A stretch of 64,000 nt of DNA from Octopus sinensis (taxonomy: Eukaryota). The first letter of the stretch is position 1; each line of letters begins with the position of its first letter. The notes beneath the pieces were generated by a model. That model ran no database searches. It worked only from the letters and a program-made list of their open reading frames with translations, and was not told the DNA's origin. Shown in pieces: positions 52,241 through 64,000 of this stretch. Position numbers and translations under genes: made by a program. The stretch lies in assembly GCF_006345805.1 (NCBI RefSeq), contig NC_042997.1, forward strand, positions 27,094,001 to 27,158,000, in the 5' to 3' direction.

Positions 52241-52509
52241 TGAATGCAGGTGACAAGTTAATTTCAGGTTAATCTGGTAGTTTTGGTGAATGCTGGTGTG
52301 TATGTGCGGTGTGCAAATGTGCGTGAAATATTGAGAAGAGAGAAAGAAATAGAAAAAGAAAGAAAAGAAAAAAGAGAGAAAGAAAGAAGCACTGAGAGGT
52401 AAAAGCTGTTTAACTATGCGATTACAGTACACATACATTTTAACAACCAGAAAATAACCCAAACACATGAGGCCAAAACGATAGGGAACCATATTCTCTG
52501 ACTATACTC

Positions 52510-52935
52510 TTTTACTCTCTTTTACTTGTTTCAGTCATTTGACTGCGGCCATGCTGGAGCACCGCCTTTAGTCGAGCAAATCGACCCCGGGACTTATTCT
52601 TTTGTAAGCCCAGTACTTATTCTATCGGTCTCTTTTGCCGAACCGCTAAGTGACGGGGACGTAACACACCAGCATCGGTTGTCAAGCAATGCTAGGGGGA
52701 CAAACACAGCACACACACAAACACATAATATATATATATATATATACGACAGGCTTCTTTCATTTCCGTCTACCAAATCCACTCACAAGGCATTGGTCGG
52801 CCCGGGGCTATAGCAGAAGACACTTGCCCAAGATGCCACGCAGTGGGACTGAACCCGGAACCATGTGGTTGGTAAACAAGCTACTTACCACACAGCCACT
52901 CCTGCGCCTATACACAGCCACTCCTGCGCCTATAT
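52510..52935 (-). mobile_element. SINE family B, full length, with a 22-bp tandem duplication of its 5' end
   Basis: CACAGCCACTCCTGCGCCTATA occurs twice at 52891-52934. Confidence 0.9.
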
Positions 52936-53849
52936 GTTTTTTCGTTCTTATTCTTTTTACTTGTTTTCGGTTTCTTGTAATCGCTTCCTGCACGCACACG
53001 CACGTGCTCATACATATGCACAAATACCGACATTGGAACCTGACATCAATTATCCACAAAAAAAAATATATATATATATAATCTGCGATAAATGCATAGA
53101 TTCCGCAAAGTACGTGCAGTCGTTTGAGTTTCAGATATAAGAGAAAAATGTTGCTAGCATTTAACAAGAGTACACAAAACAGAATTCGTTTAGAAATCCG
53201 ATATATGCATGACTGCATGCACATGTAGGATGAAGAGAGCATTTTGTGATATAAAATACTCGTTGATTTCTTTGAGAAAATTAATGTATTTCTGATATAC
53301 GTGATGAATTGAATTTACACTTAAAATAGCTGCGTGTAGATCGTACAATTTTTTTTTTTAATATTCGGTCGGGGTAAAATTAATTATTAATTCATTGTTG
53401 ATATTATCTACAGTTAATGTACATATAAAGGTCTTTTTGTATCAGATTTCTGTTTCTCCATGATATATCCGTTTAGTGGAATCAATGAGATATAGGGAGG
53501 AAAAATATCACGTTCTTCCGGAGGATCAATTTTGATCTATTCATCCGTCCGTCCGTCCAGTCACCTACCTATGCATACATACACATTATATATGTGTGTG
53601 TATGTGTGTTTCTGTCAGTGCGTGCGTGCCTGTGTGTGCGTGCGCGTGAGTTAGTGCTTGTGCGTGGGTGTCTGTCTGTCTATGTATACTGAATCACACA
53701 GAAGCTTGCTTCCCAACCACATGGTTCTGGATTCAGTCTCACTGAGTGGCACCTTGGGTAAGCCTCGGCTATTGTAACCTCGGCGTGACCAAGGCCTTGC
53801 GAAAAGATTTGGTTGACGGAAATTGAAAGAAGTCCGTCGTATTATTTTA

Positions 53850-54004
53850 ACCGTATTTCCGTTGTTTCTTTCTGAGTTCCTTTCTGTGGAAGAGCGTACG
53901 CTCGAAACGTAAAAGACTTTTTCTATTCCCGAGCGTGATACTAATACATCTGTTTGTTTTCTACACCATCTGTCTTCGTCTTTTGTTTTTTCTCGTGAAT
54001 TCTC

Positions 54005-54008
<4 letters not shown>
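53850..54008 (+). mobile_element. Element with hammerhead-like motif, ending in (TA)n
   Basis: CCTTT-CTGTGGA-A-GAGC-GTAC-GCTC-GAAAC-GTA-AAAGA at 53879-53916, with the shared tail. Confidence 0.65.
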
Positions 54009-54092
<84 letters not shown>

Positions 54093-54137
54093 TATATACA
54101 TATACATATGTACAGTACCAATATATATATTGGTACT

Positions 54138-54445
54138 GTGGAGGCGCAATGGCCCAGTGGTTAGGGCAGCGGATTCGCGGTCGTAGGATCGCGGTTTCGA
54201 TTCCCAGACCAGGCGTTGTGAGTGTTTATTGAGCGAAAACACCTAATTCTCCACGAGGCTCCGACAGGAGGTGGTGGCAATCCTTGCTGTACTCTTTCGC
54301 CACAACTTTCTCTCTTTCTTCTGTTGGCCTGCTCGCTTAGCCAGCGAGGTGGCGTCATTTGAAGGCTAAAACAATGCGAAGCGCATTGTGACCAGCGATG
54401 TGTAACAACATCTGATAGCCTAGTCGGTCACGGTGATCACGGTGA
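54138..54445 (+). mobile_element. SINE family A (body 1 with tail 2)
   Basis: Same head and body as 3825 but a different tail (CTGCTCGCTTAGCCAGCG...GTCACGGTGATCACGGTGA). Confidence 0.85.
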
Positions 54446-54759
54446 TATATATATATACATATATATATAGGGCAACTAAGAAGGTGGAGAGAATGCAAAA
54501 TCGACAGACATCAGCCGGTAAACATTCTAGTATGTCTGTTTATTCCAGTGTATTACATGAATACATACACATGTATTAGTACAACAGAAATGGGCAAATG
54601 AACAGATTGTCTGTAGGAACAGGCATAGAAGTATTATTATAGAATAGCCTGCATTGCTAGCGAGAGTACATATAGCACTATATGGATCAAATATTATACA
54701 GAAGGTAGGCTGAAAGTGTGAGCCTGAATACTAAGAGACACACTTTCTCTTTTATTTTT

Positions 54760-55165
54760 TTCTCTTTTACTTGTTTCAGTCATTTGACTGCGGCCATGCT
54801 GGAGCACCGCCTTTAGTCGAGCAAATAGACCCCTTGACTTATTCTTTGTAAGCCCAGTACTTATTCTATCGGTCTCTTTTGCCGAACCGCTAGGTGACGG
54901 GGACGTAAACACACAGGCATCGGTTGTCAAGCAATGCTAGGGGGGCAAACACAGGCACACAATCATATACACACACACTTATATATATATACATATATAC
55001 GACAGGCTTCTTTCAGTTTCCGTCTACCTAATCCACTCACAAGGCATTGGTCGGCCCGGGGCTATAGCAGAAGACACTTGCCCAAGATTCCACGCAGTGG
55101 GACTGAACCCGGAACCATGTGGTTGGTTAGCAAGCTACTTACCACACAGCCACTCCTACGCCTAT
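54760..55165 (-). mobile_element. SINE family B, full length
   Basis: Near-identical to 52510-52912. Confidence 0.9.
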
Positions 55166-55459
55166 ACACTTGTATATAATTTATATTAGCATCGATGATG
55201 ATGATGTCGCACAAGCCCCCTGTAAGTAGTAATCTCTCCGGTGCAAGATCGAAAAGCCATCAGTGCAAATGCAACATTTGGGGACATGTGATCGAGTAGG
55301 ATCACCATGAACATACCAGTCTTCATGACAGCAAAATCACAAAACATTAACCAAAACTGTTTGTTTTTAATATGCGGCGGATGAGAGGAAGAACTTAAAA
55401 TTCAACCTCCAAGGTGAACGACAAATATGTTAGTAGTAGGAAATGGAGATGAAAAAGGA

Positions 55460-55533
55460 AGAGAAGAAGGAGGAGGAGGAGGAGGAGGAGGAAGAGGAGA
55501 TGATGATGATGATGGTGGTGGTGGTGGTGGTGG

Positions 55534-55572
<39 letters not shown>

Positions 55573-55690
55573 GGAGGAGGAGGAGGAGGAGGAGGAGGAA
55601 GAGAAGAAGAAGAAGAAGAAGAAGAAGAAGAAGAAGAAGAAGAAGAAGAAGAAGAAGAAGAAGAAGAAGAAGCAGAAGCAGAAGAAGAAC
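55460..55690. repeat. Compound trinucleotide repeat (GGA)(GAT)(GGT)(GAT)(GAG)(AAG)
   Basis: Direct reading. Confidence 0.95.
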
Positions 55691-55971
55691 GGATAAAGTG
55701 GTGGTGGCAGAGGTTTGGTGAAATCATAGCGTCTGATAAAATGCGTTGCTGAATACACATACGCCTCTTTATGTTCTGAGATCAATTACCGCTGAGATCA
55801 GCTTTGCATCGCATTCCTCTGGGACGAGTCAATTACTCGAATCGACTCTACTTTTTCATATCGTAATCTGTGTTTGGCAACAATTACAGAGATCAACATA
55901 ACTAGTGTTGTTGCAATCTTACCAAGATGTAACTTGACTTACATTCTTCTGAATCTAATATTATAGGCATT

Positions 55972-56185
55972 TGTGAAGGCGGCGAGTTGGTGGAATTATT
56001 AGCATGCTGAAAAAAATGATTAGCGTTATTTCGTCCGTCTTTACGTTCACAGTATAAATTCCGCTGAGGAAGACTTTGCCTTTTATCCTTTCGGGTCCAA
56101 TAAAAATAGAGTACTAGCTGAGCACTGGGGTCGATGTATTAAACTTACAAACATCCCCGACATTGGTGGCCCTGTGCCAAAATAA
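55972..56185 (+). mobile_element. SINE family C, old-tail type
   Basis: GAAGGCGGCGAGTTGGTGGAATTATTAGCATGC...GACTTTGCCTTTTATCCTTTCGGG...GCACTGGGGTCGATGTA. Confidence 0.7.
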
Positions 56186-56616
56186 GCGCGGGGGGTGGGT
56201 GGTTTGTTAACTAAACGATAGCCACACATAAAATGCGGCACCATATTAATCTAACAAATCAATGTTACTAATGCTGTAATCCCACCGGGTTCGTCTTTGT
56301 TTATTTGTACCTGATGAGTAACTAAAATACCAGCAAATTACCAGAGTAGACTTAATAGACAGCGCAATAAAAAAAAAATTAAAATAAGCATAAATTTTTA
56401 CCTGTGTAAGTAATCAATATTATGTTTCATGTAATATCGACTGTCCAATACAAAGATTATATAAACAATATATATTATGAAAACAAATTTCGATAAAACA
56501 TCTCAAGTCTGCAGACAAACACTCAGCTTCAGTTTTCAACAGAAAAAAAATTTTAGTCATACATATACCATACACACAACACACACACACACCACACACA
56601 CACACACACAACACAC

Positions 56617-56662
<46 letters not shown>

Positions 56663-56893
56663 AGAAAGAAATTTCAACTCTGTTTTTTTTATGTTTATTT
56701 ATATTCTTTATAATATTAATGTAGAATATAGAATATATAGTATAAATAATATATATATATGGTAAAATGAAATGAAGTATTGATTTCTTTATTGAATAGA
56801 TGAAATATTGAATAAAAAAATATTAAGGGACTAGTATACTTTCTTGCATTATAGCAGTCTTCAAGGTCCCAGGGTTGTGACAGGAGTGGTTTC

Positions 56894-56931
<38 letters not shown>

Positions 56932-56991
56932 TATATATATTATAATATATACTTATATATACTATACTATATATATATATATATATATATA

Positions 56992-57067
56992 CTATAAAAG
57001 GCTTCAGCAAAGATTTGCTTCTAACTTCGGTGTGTGGTGAAGCAAACTTTGCTGAACCCTTTATTAG
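56992..57067. other. 76-nt hairpin flanked by TA dinucleotides (mini-MITE or pre-miRNA-like)
   Basis: AAAGGCTTCAGCAAAGATTTGCTTC pairs with GAAGCAAACTTTGCTGAACCCTTT. The 17-nt loop contains C-TTCG-G. TA lies at 56990-91 and 57068-69. Confidence 0.7.
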
Positions 57068-58133
57068 TATTACTTAAGTGTGCCGTGAAAAGGTTTTTTT
57101 TTCATACCGAATTCTACTTGGTGAAATTATTGATTACTTCTTAATTAAATAATTTTACCCTTTGTTATTATTGATTATATATATATATACATATATGTAC
57201 ACATGTATTTATAAATTTTTATATATGCTTATGTATACATATACATACATGTATATTTATATATGTATGTATGTATATCTATTATCTTCTACTTGTTTCA
57301 CTCTTTGAACAACTACCAGGACAGGGCAACGCTTCGAAGGTTTAGACAAAACAATGATCACAATATCTGTTCGTAACCCTGGTACATGCTCGATCGAGTT
57401 CTTTTTGCTGAATTGCATATTTACGGGAACATACACAAATCAATACCGGCTGTCAAGCGCTCTGCTTTGGGACAAATACAAAAACACGCATTCCCATCGG
57501 CATACTTATATATATATATGTATAAGTATAGAGCAGTAAAATATTAAAATAATAAACTTAATGTATGGTCATTGACGTTAACTTTCCCACCCCACAAATA
57601 GCTTGTCATGGGGAGATAACCCGTCCTCACGGACATTATTTATTCTTTAATGACCAAATGACCAATGACTGTAGCAGATAACTGCCTCCCAGAGGTGAAG
57701 AGTTAAATTTGCCTTCGGACTAGAGTGTGATGAGTCGTCCGCGTAGCTACAGTCTTTGTGGATGCGAAACCACTGATAATTTTATGACCACTTATTTACT
57801 TAAATACATAATAGTATTAACCTACTAGCAGCAGGTATTTAAAAGGAAAAAAATTTGACAAGGCAGTCAGTCGCCCGCTGACACTCGTTGACGCTACATC
57901 TAAGAGGCCAGGGAACAGAAGAAAAGAGACGAAAGAAGACATGCACCAAACGCCAGAGCTGAAGACAACTTCCGAAAGGGCGGGGCCCGCCACGTCAAAA
58001 CGGTAGAGGAGTAGGGGCCGAAACCGGACTGTTGTTCCTCCTGATGATGTCTTGAGTTAACTGGATCCTATAAAGGAGCTGTTGTGGTAGCAGACCACGA
58101 AACACGGTTGAAATTCCTCATATGTGTGTTTTG

Positions 58134-58176
<43 letters not shown>

Positions 58177-58205
58177 TTGTGTGTGTGTGTTTGTGTGTGT
58201 GTGCT

Positions 58206-58239
<34 letters not shown>

Positions 58240-58671
58240 TGTGTTTGTTCTGCTTTCAATCATCTAAATCCTTCCTATCAAGAAGGAGTTAGTTACTAAC
58301 AAAAATACAAAGCACCATCTTTGGAATGTAGACAACGAAAACAATGTCAGAATTTAAACCTGAGAACTTACGTCTTCTTAGATAGTTTACTGGTGTTGTA
58401 GTGCTGTTTTCGTCAGTGATGGTGGTGGTGTTAGTTTCAGCCATAATCGCGTGAGTGAAATTCCACATGGTATAAGGTATATCTTTAAAATCCAGACTGA
58501 ATAACGCTACGCTGGTGAGTAAAAGGCGTTTCGCTTATTTATAATGGGAGAAATAAACCAGTTACTTATTTAGGCTGGTGGAGATGCCATAAATGTAGAA
58601 GGAAGCGTTCAAAACTATATTTTTTAAACGCCTCCCTACGACTGCAAGTCTGGTGATGAAGCCGCCATCTT

Positions 58672-59705
58672 GGTATGTATGTATGTCATTATTTAGTTTA
58701 ATTCCAAGATTTCATGACAATAGAGAAAGAGCTGGTTTCTAACCTAGATTGAAGGCTCTTTTTCTCTGGAATTTCAACATCAACAGGGTATTTTTTATGT
58801 ATGTCATTCAGTTTTATTTCAATGTTTGTCGCCAATATAGAAGGAACTTTTTTCTAGCCCAGATCCAAGGCTCTTTCACTGGAATTTCAACAACGTCAGC
58901 AGGGTATTATTGTATGTATGTATGTATGTATGTATGTATGTATGTATGTATGTATGTATGTATGTGTGCATTATGTATATATGTGTGCGTTATGTATGTA
59001 TTATTATGCATATAGTTGCATGTCCAGACATGTTTCTATATACTTAAATGATAAACTTCTTTAAAGTTTTACAGTTTTTTTATAGTTCCAGTGATGGCTT
59101 GGATCTGTAGTCTTCGTATCAACTTTCTCCTCTCTGGTTTTGAGAAGCCTAATTCTTCAAGCTTGGTACTCAGGCAGTATATTACACATCCCAGTGCTCC
59201 AACAATTACAAGTATAAACTTGAACTAGTAATCTGGATAGAGTGTAGATTTCTCAATAGTTCAGCGTAGGTATTTTCTTTATCGCTGATCTTTAGCTTTA
59301 TGTTAACATCCGCTTGACAGCTGACTTCCACAACTGTACACAGTTTCTCTTTTAAACCCAAATCATTATGTCAGGTCTGTTGTTCTTATATTATATTAAG
59401 GCTTTAACTGGGACATTCCACAAGTGCTCCATTTTATTATGAGTGGTTATGGCTTGCAGCATATTGTGAGTCCTTATTTCTTTTGCTTCAGGATTATCTT
59501 TCCGGTAGATCTCATACAGTGCCTTAGCCACAACATCTTATGTCATTGGTAGATAAAAACTGGTATATTTGAACGAGATGGTATATTTGAACGACTTCTT
59601 ATAATATGGTTGGTGTCTTCGGTGTTAACTCCACAGAGTCTGCATCGCTTGTCACATTTTGCTGCTCTTCATGCGCCACTGTCGTTTTGTGCATCAGGTA
59701 TTTGG
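58672..59705 (-). mobile_element. 3' part of an RLE-type non-LTR retrotransposon (R4/Dong- or NeSL-like), decayed
   Basis: KCDKRCRLCGVNTEDTNHIIRS (CCHC knuckle, ~59660), DVVAKALYEI, NNRPDIMIW...CTVVEVSCQADVNIKLKISDKENTYAELLRNL (PD-(D/E)xK nuclease), stop at ~59044. The 3' UTR has a duplicated ~110-bp terminal unit bounded by (CATA)n. Confidence 0.85.
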
Positions 59706-59860
59706 TCTTCTTTCAGTTTCCATCAACCAAACTCACTCACAAAAGCCGTGGACAACCTGAAGCTATACTGGAAGCCTCTTTCCGAAAGTGACACACAGTT
59801 GAACCGAACCTACACGACATGGTTGTTAAACAAACTGCATACGACACAGCCATGCCTCCA
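59700..59860 (-). mobile_element. SINE family B, 5' half, degenerate, abutting the RLE LINE
   Basis: CTTCTTTCAGTTTCCATCAACCAAACTCACTCACAAAAG...ACATGGTTGTTAAACAAACT...ACACAGCCA. Confidence 0.65.
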
Positions 59861-60264
59861 CCTACATACTGCACCAACATATTGCACCAGTGTATATGTA
59901 TATATATATATATATATATATACGCACATAGACATGTAAGTATAAATCCAGGTATGCATATGCAGAAGTATACACACACTCACATACACGGACGCACATA
60001 CACACAGAAACGTCTTTGTGCATCTGTATGTATGTATGTATGTATATTTGAAACTTTTTTTTTATCAAACTTTGTTTCCAAAATGAATTCTGTTTGCATA
60101 ATCTTTACATTAGACAACCAACGTTACATGAAATATTATATTGTTTACTGACAAATGCACAGGGTAAAGCATTACTCAAATAATAACTGCAGTCAATAAA
60201 TACACACATAGACACACACTTTCGCACACACACTCACACACCTATATATATATATACATATAAG

Positions 60265-60299
<35 letters not shown>

Positions 60300-60307
60300 T
60301 ATATGCC

Positions 60308-60364
<57 letters not shown>

Positions 60365-60758
60365 TATGCCTATATATAATATATATATATATATAATTAT
60401 ATATATATTGTACATATATTGTAACATTTTGTTCTGCTATTATTTTTTTCGATATATCCTTGCTTACTGATTACTCGAATGTTGTTGGTTTTCTTATTCT
60501 TTATTTGTTTACTGAGTGGGAAGAAAGAAGTGATTTGGTAGATGTAATATATAGAGGAACTTAGTTATGTTTATTTGTTTTAGTTTCAGTTTTTCCCTAT
60601 TTTATTCTTTTTCGAACTTTTTCTGCATTAAATCACATTTTACTATTAGTCCCATTATATGTATCACGCTTCATTGGTATTCATAAAATTGTCGCTGTTG
60701 TTGTTCTTGCTGATGGTGATGATATAACATGATGATGATGGTGATAATGATGATGATG

Positions 60759-60792
<34 letters not shown>

Positions 60793-61052
60793 GCATCAGC
60801 ATCAGCAGCAGCGTTACGTCGATGGTGATTGGCACTGTTTTGCAGTGCATTTGTGCAATGGAGGTGTCAATTTCAGTCAATTAGTTCTGCTTCACAGAAA
60901 CAACGGACATTTGATATTAATTTATGCGGCACATGTCTCTACAAAGGGGCGCGAACATGCTTCTATTTAAATATGCATGTACTTGTATACATACATACAC
61001 ACACACACGTATACATCATATATACAGATATATATAATGTACACATATATAC

Positions 61053-61096
<44 letters not shown>

Positions 61097-61118
61097 CATA
61101 TATACATATATATATATA

Positions 61119-61182
<64 letters not shown>

Positions 61183-62029
61183 ATATATATATATATATAT
61201 ACTATATTATATATATATACATCCATATATATATATATATGTATGCATGTATGTATATGAATATATGTATACATATAGATATATGAATTGAATAATATGT
61301 ATATATATATGTGTGTGTAGAAACATATATATGATGGTATCGACCAGACTATCGGATGTTGTTATACATCGCTGATCACAATATGTCTCACATTGTTTTA
61401 GCTTGCAATGATGCTACCCTAATGGCTATGCAGGCAGGCCTATATATGTACCTCTGTGTATGTGTGTATTGTATAAGTACACATTGATATATAGCCTTAC
61501 AACGTTCAGGGTTTGTTCTTAACAGTTTTACAAGCGATTGTAACTTACGTCTATACATCTTCCCTCCGTTGCAAGAATAGAATAGCTACTATTAAAAAAA
61601 AACTTATTATTCTGCCAGTTTCAGTATTAGTTTCAATGCGACTCGCTTCCTCCAGTGCCAATAAACGTGTATTTAGTTTAAATTTAATCATAACAAAATT
61701 ACCTTCACGAATCCCATAACAACCAATAACAGAAATTCTTCACTTCCAGATGTAAAGTTTACATTTGTGTATATGTTGTCACTTTAAAAACTTTCTTGCA
61801 GTTAACTAATTCAGTTCTGACAGCCTTTCGACCATACCAATATGAAATGTTCAGTTTCTCAAATAACCTGAAGTGTCATTTTTCCAATAAGACATAAGCT
61901 GCTGTGTATACTGTTTTAAACAACTGTTTCTATATCAATATCTACTATAATTTTCCCAACACTGGAAAGTGAAGTCATCCACAGCACAATGGAAAACGAT
62001 TGAAATAAACTCTTCTATATAGCAGCACC

Positions 62030-62545
62030 ATGATCGTATGATTGTGGTTTCGATTCCTGGGCCGGGCGACGCGTTTTGTTCTTGAGCAAAACACTTCATT
62101 TAACATTGCTCCAGTTCACTCAACTGGCATAAATTAGTAACGCTGCGATGGACTAGCGTCCCGTCCAGCTGGGGAACACATACGCCATAGGAACCGGGAA
62201 ACCGGGCCCACGAGCCTATCTAGGCTTTAAAAAGGGCGCAGTGGAGGCGCAATGGCCCAGTGGTTAGAGCAGCTGACTCGCGGTCAGAGGATTACGGTCT
62301 CGATTCCCAGACCGGGCGTTATGTGTGTTTATTGAGCGAAAACACCTAAAAGCTCCAGGAGGCTCCGGCAGTGGGTGGTGGCAACCACTGCTGTACTCTT
62401 TCGCCAAAACTTTCTCTCACTCTCTCTTCCTGTTTCTTGAGTAACGCTGCCATGGACTGGCGTCCCGTCCAGCTGTGGGGAACACATACACCATAGAAAC
62501 CAGGAAACCGGGCCCATGAGCCTGGCTAGGCTTGAAAAGGGCGGC
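62030..62545 (+). mobile_element. Head-to-tail SINE dimer: body 2 with tail 1 (62030-62240), then body 1 with tail 1 (62241-62545)
   Basis: The first unit ends AAAAGGGCGCA and is immediately followed by the head GTGGAGGCGCAATGG. Both carry GTAACGCTGC.ATGGACT.GCGTCCCGTCCAGCTG. Confidence 0.85.
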
Positions 62546-62681
62546 AAAAAAATATATTGCAAGTAAAATTACTAAAACTTACTACGCATTTTTACTTTCT
62601 GTGTGTAAATCACTACATCATATACACACAAACACTTATAAATGTATTTACTTAATAGGTCTTGTGTGTGTGTGTGTGTGT

Positions 62682-62736
<55 letters not shown>

Positions 62737-63419
62737 ATACAAACATGCTTACATGCATAAACTCCTACATGTACGTATTCTGAAATTCATATATATGTAT
62801 ATTCCTGCAAAGCATGGACACGTTCATACTAATACGTAGTGTTTATTACGTGTGTATTAGAATAATAGTTTCGAAATAAGTTCTTCTGATCTCCTCACCA
62901 CTGAATCCAGCGAAGAGTATATGCTATGCATTAAATACTATGTCTTAAAATTGATACTTTCCTGGCTGCTTTTAAGAGATTATGCAACAATTATACTGGG
63001 TGTTCGAACAAAATTTCATCCAGGAGTAAAAGTATTTCAAAACTGAAAAATTATCAACTGGTTTATGGCGAAGAGATAACAGTTTACCCGAAGTAGAAAC
63101 CCTCGTGTCCCCTCCTGTTCTATTTAATCTATAGAATGGACTAAACAAAAACAGGAGAAACGTGGGATGAATGAGTCGCTGAAAATGTTGCAGGGGTGTG
63201 GCAAAAGCTTTCCAGATAATTGACATAAAATAAAATAAGAACAATAAAAATAATTAACGAATGAAGAACAAACATATAGAGCGTATATTTACTTGATTAG
63301 TAAAAGAAATGACCGTCTCAAAATATAACAGCACATCAGGTGGAATGTTCGATTTTGAACCGAAAGTTTATTTTGCGTCGTGGAATGCATCCTAGACAGC
63401 TCAACAAAAAGCAATGCAG

Positions 63420-64000
63420 TTAATAAAAGTATGCACCATCTTGCAATCTTATCGATAGCATATTTATGCCGGCAGCGAAAACTTCTAGAGAGCGAGATGT
63501 GATGAAATCAAAAAAGGCTATTTTTGCATCTTCTTCAGATTTGAAGTTTTTTTACTTGCAAAATGTTGTCTAATGCCTGGAAAACGTGATAGTCAGTTGG
63601 TGCAAGGTTTGGTAAATATGGTGGGAGACAGAGTACTTCAAAGTTCAGTTCCTGTAACTTGAATAGCGTTCTTTGTGCAACACGTGGTCGAGCATTGTCT
63701 TGCAAGAGAATTGACCTGTCTCTATTGGCAAATCTTGGTTGTTTAATTGCACGTTTACTCATCATTTCATCCAATTAGTTGATGTATATATCCGCTGTAA
63801 TTTACTTACCAGGTCTCATGAAGCTGCAGTGGATGACACCAGCGCTGGACCATCAAACAGACACTATTACTTTTTGTGTGGTGAATATTCTTTTTTTTTA
63901 TTGTGATTTGGTACTTCGTATCTATCAAACCAGCGTACTGAACACTTGCCGTAACAGCAAAAAACAGCAAGTTTTCAAAGTGACGTGTAATTTGATGCTC
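63420..64000 (-). pseudogene. Decayed mariner transposase catalytic domain; continues beyond the window end
   Basis: VIVSV.WSSAGVIHCSFMRPGK.ITADIYIN.LDEMM, ILLQDNARPRVA (second D) and PPYLPNLAPTDYHVFQAL (YSPDLAPxD, third D). Confidence 0.9.

Noticed and set aside
57725-58110. TGATGA...GAAAC and CTGATGA/CTGAAGA words suggesting further hammerheads
   Set aside because: Stems I and III and the NUH site cannot be formed in any topology.
62990-63360. Possible Tc1/mariner TIRs (TATACTGGGTGTTC; CATCAGGTGG)
   Set aside because: No matching partner TIR within the window.

Overview
AT-rich eukaryotic (metazoan) non-genic DNA packed with repeats. The SINE families, mariner relics and (TA)n/(GATA)n/(CA)n/(TATG)n microsatellites look like an octopus/coleoid cephalopod genome; this is inference from repeat style, not a database match. 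No host protein-coding exon, rRNA, true tRNA or CRISPR array can be supported, and nearly all long ORFs in the track are microsatellite translations. Supported content: two decayed mariner transposases (7.6-8.6 kb +, 63.4-64 kb -), a decayed RTE-clade LINE (12.4-16.1 kb -) with a nested foldback MITE, a 5'-truncated Tx1/L1-clade LINE (26.7-28.6 kb -) with two further 3'-end copies, an RLE-type (R4/Dong/NeSL-like) LINE 3' end (58.7-59.7 kb -), two non-autonomous Helitrons, palindromic MITEs, and many tRNA-derived SINEs of about three families. The dominant structure is a 13-kb satellite (28634-41701) of 18/20-bp monomers that flips orientation four times, twice through a quasi-palindromic 13-bp sub-array. 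It is fused directly to the truncated RT of the Tx1 LINE, and the composite is bracketed by (GATA)n. Best leads: (i) this fold-back satellite/LINE composite; (ii) a Tx1-like LINE apparently tied to (GATA)n, with a SINE that carries the LINE's terminal ~45 nt; (iii) a dispersed ~170-bp element carrying a minimal hammerhead-ribozyme-like motif with an atypical core; (iv) repeated fold-back palindromes and hairpins. Coordinates were read by eye and repeat boundaries are approximate (+/-10-20 bp unless a junction is quoted).
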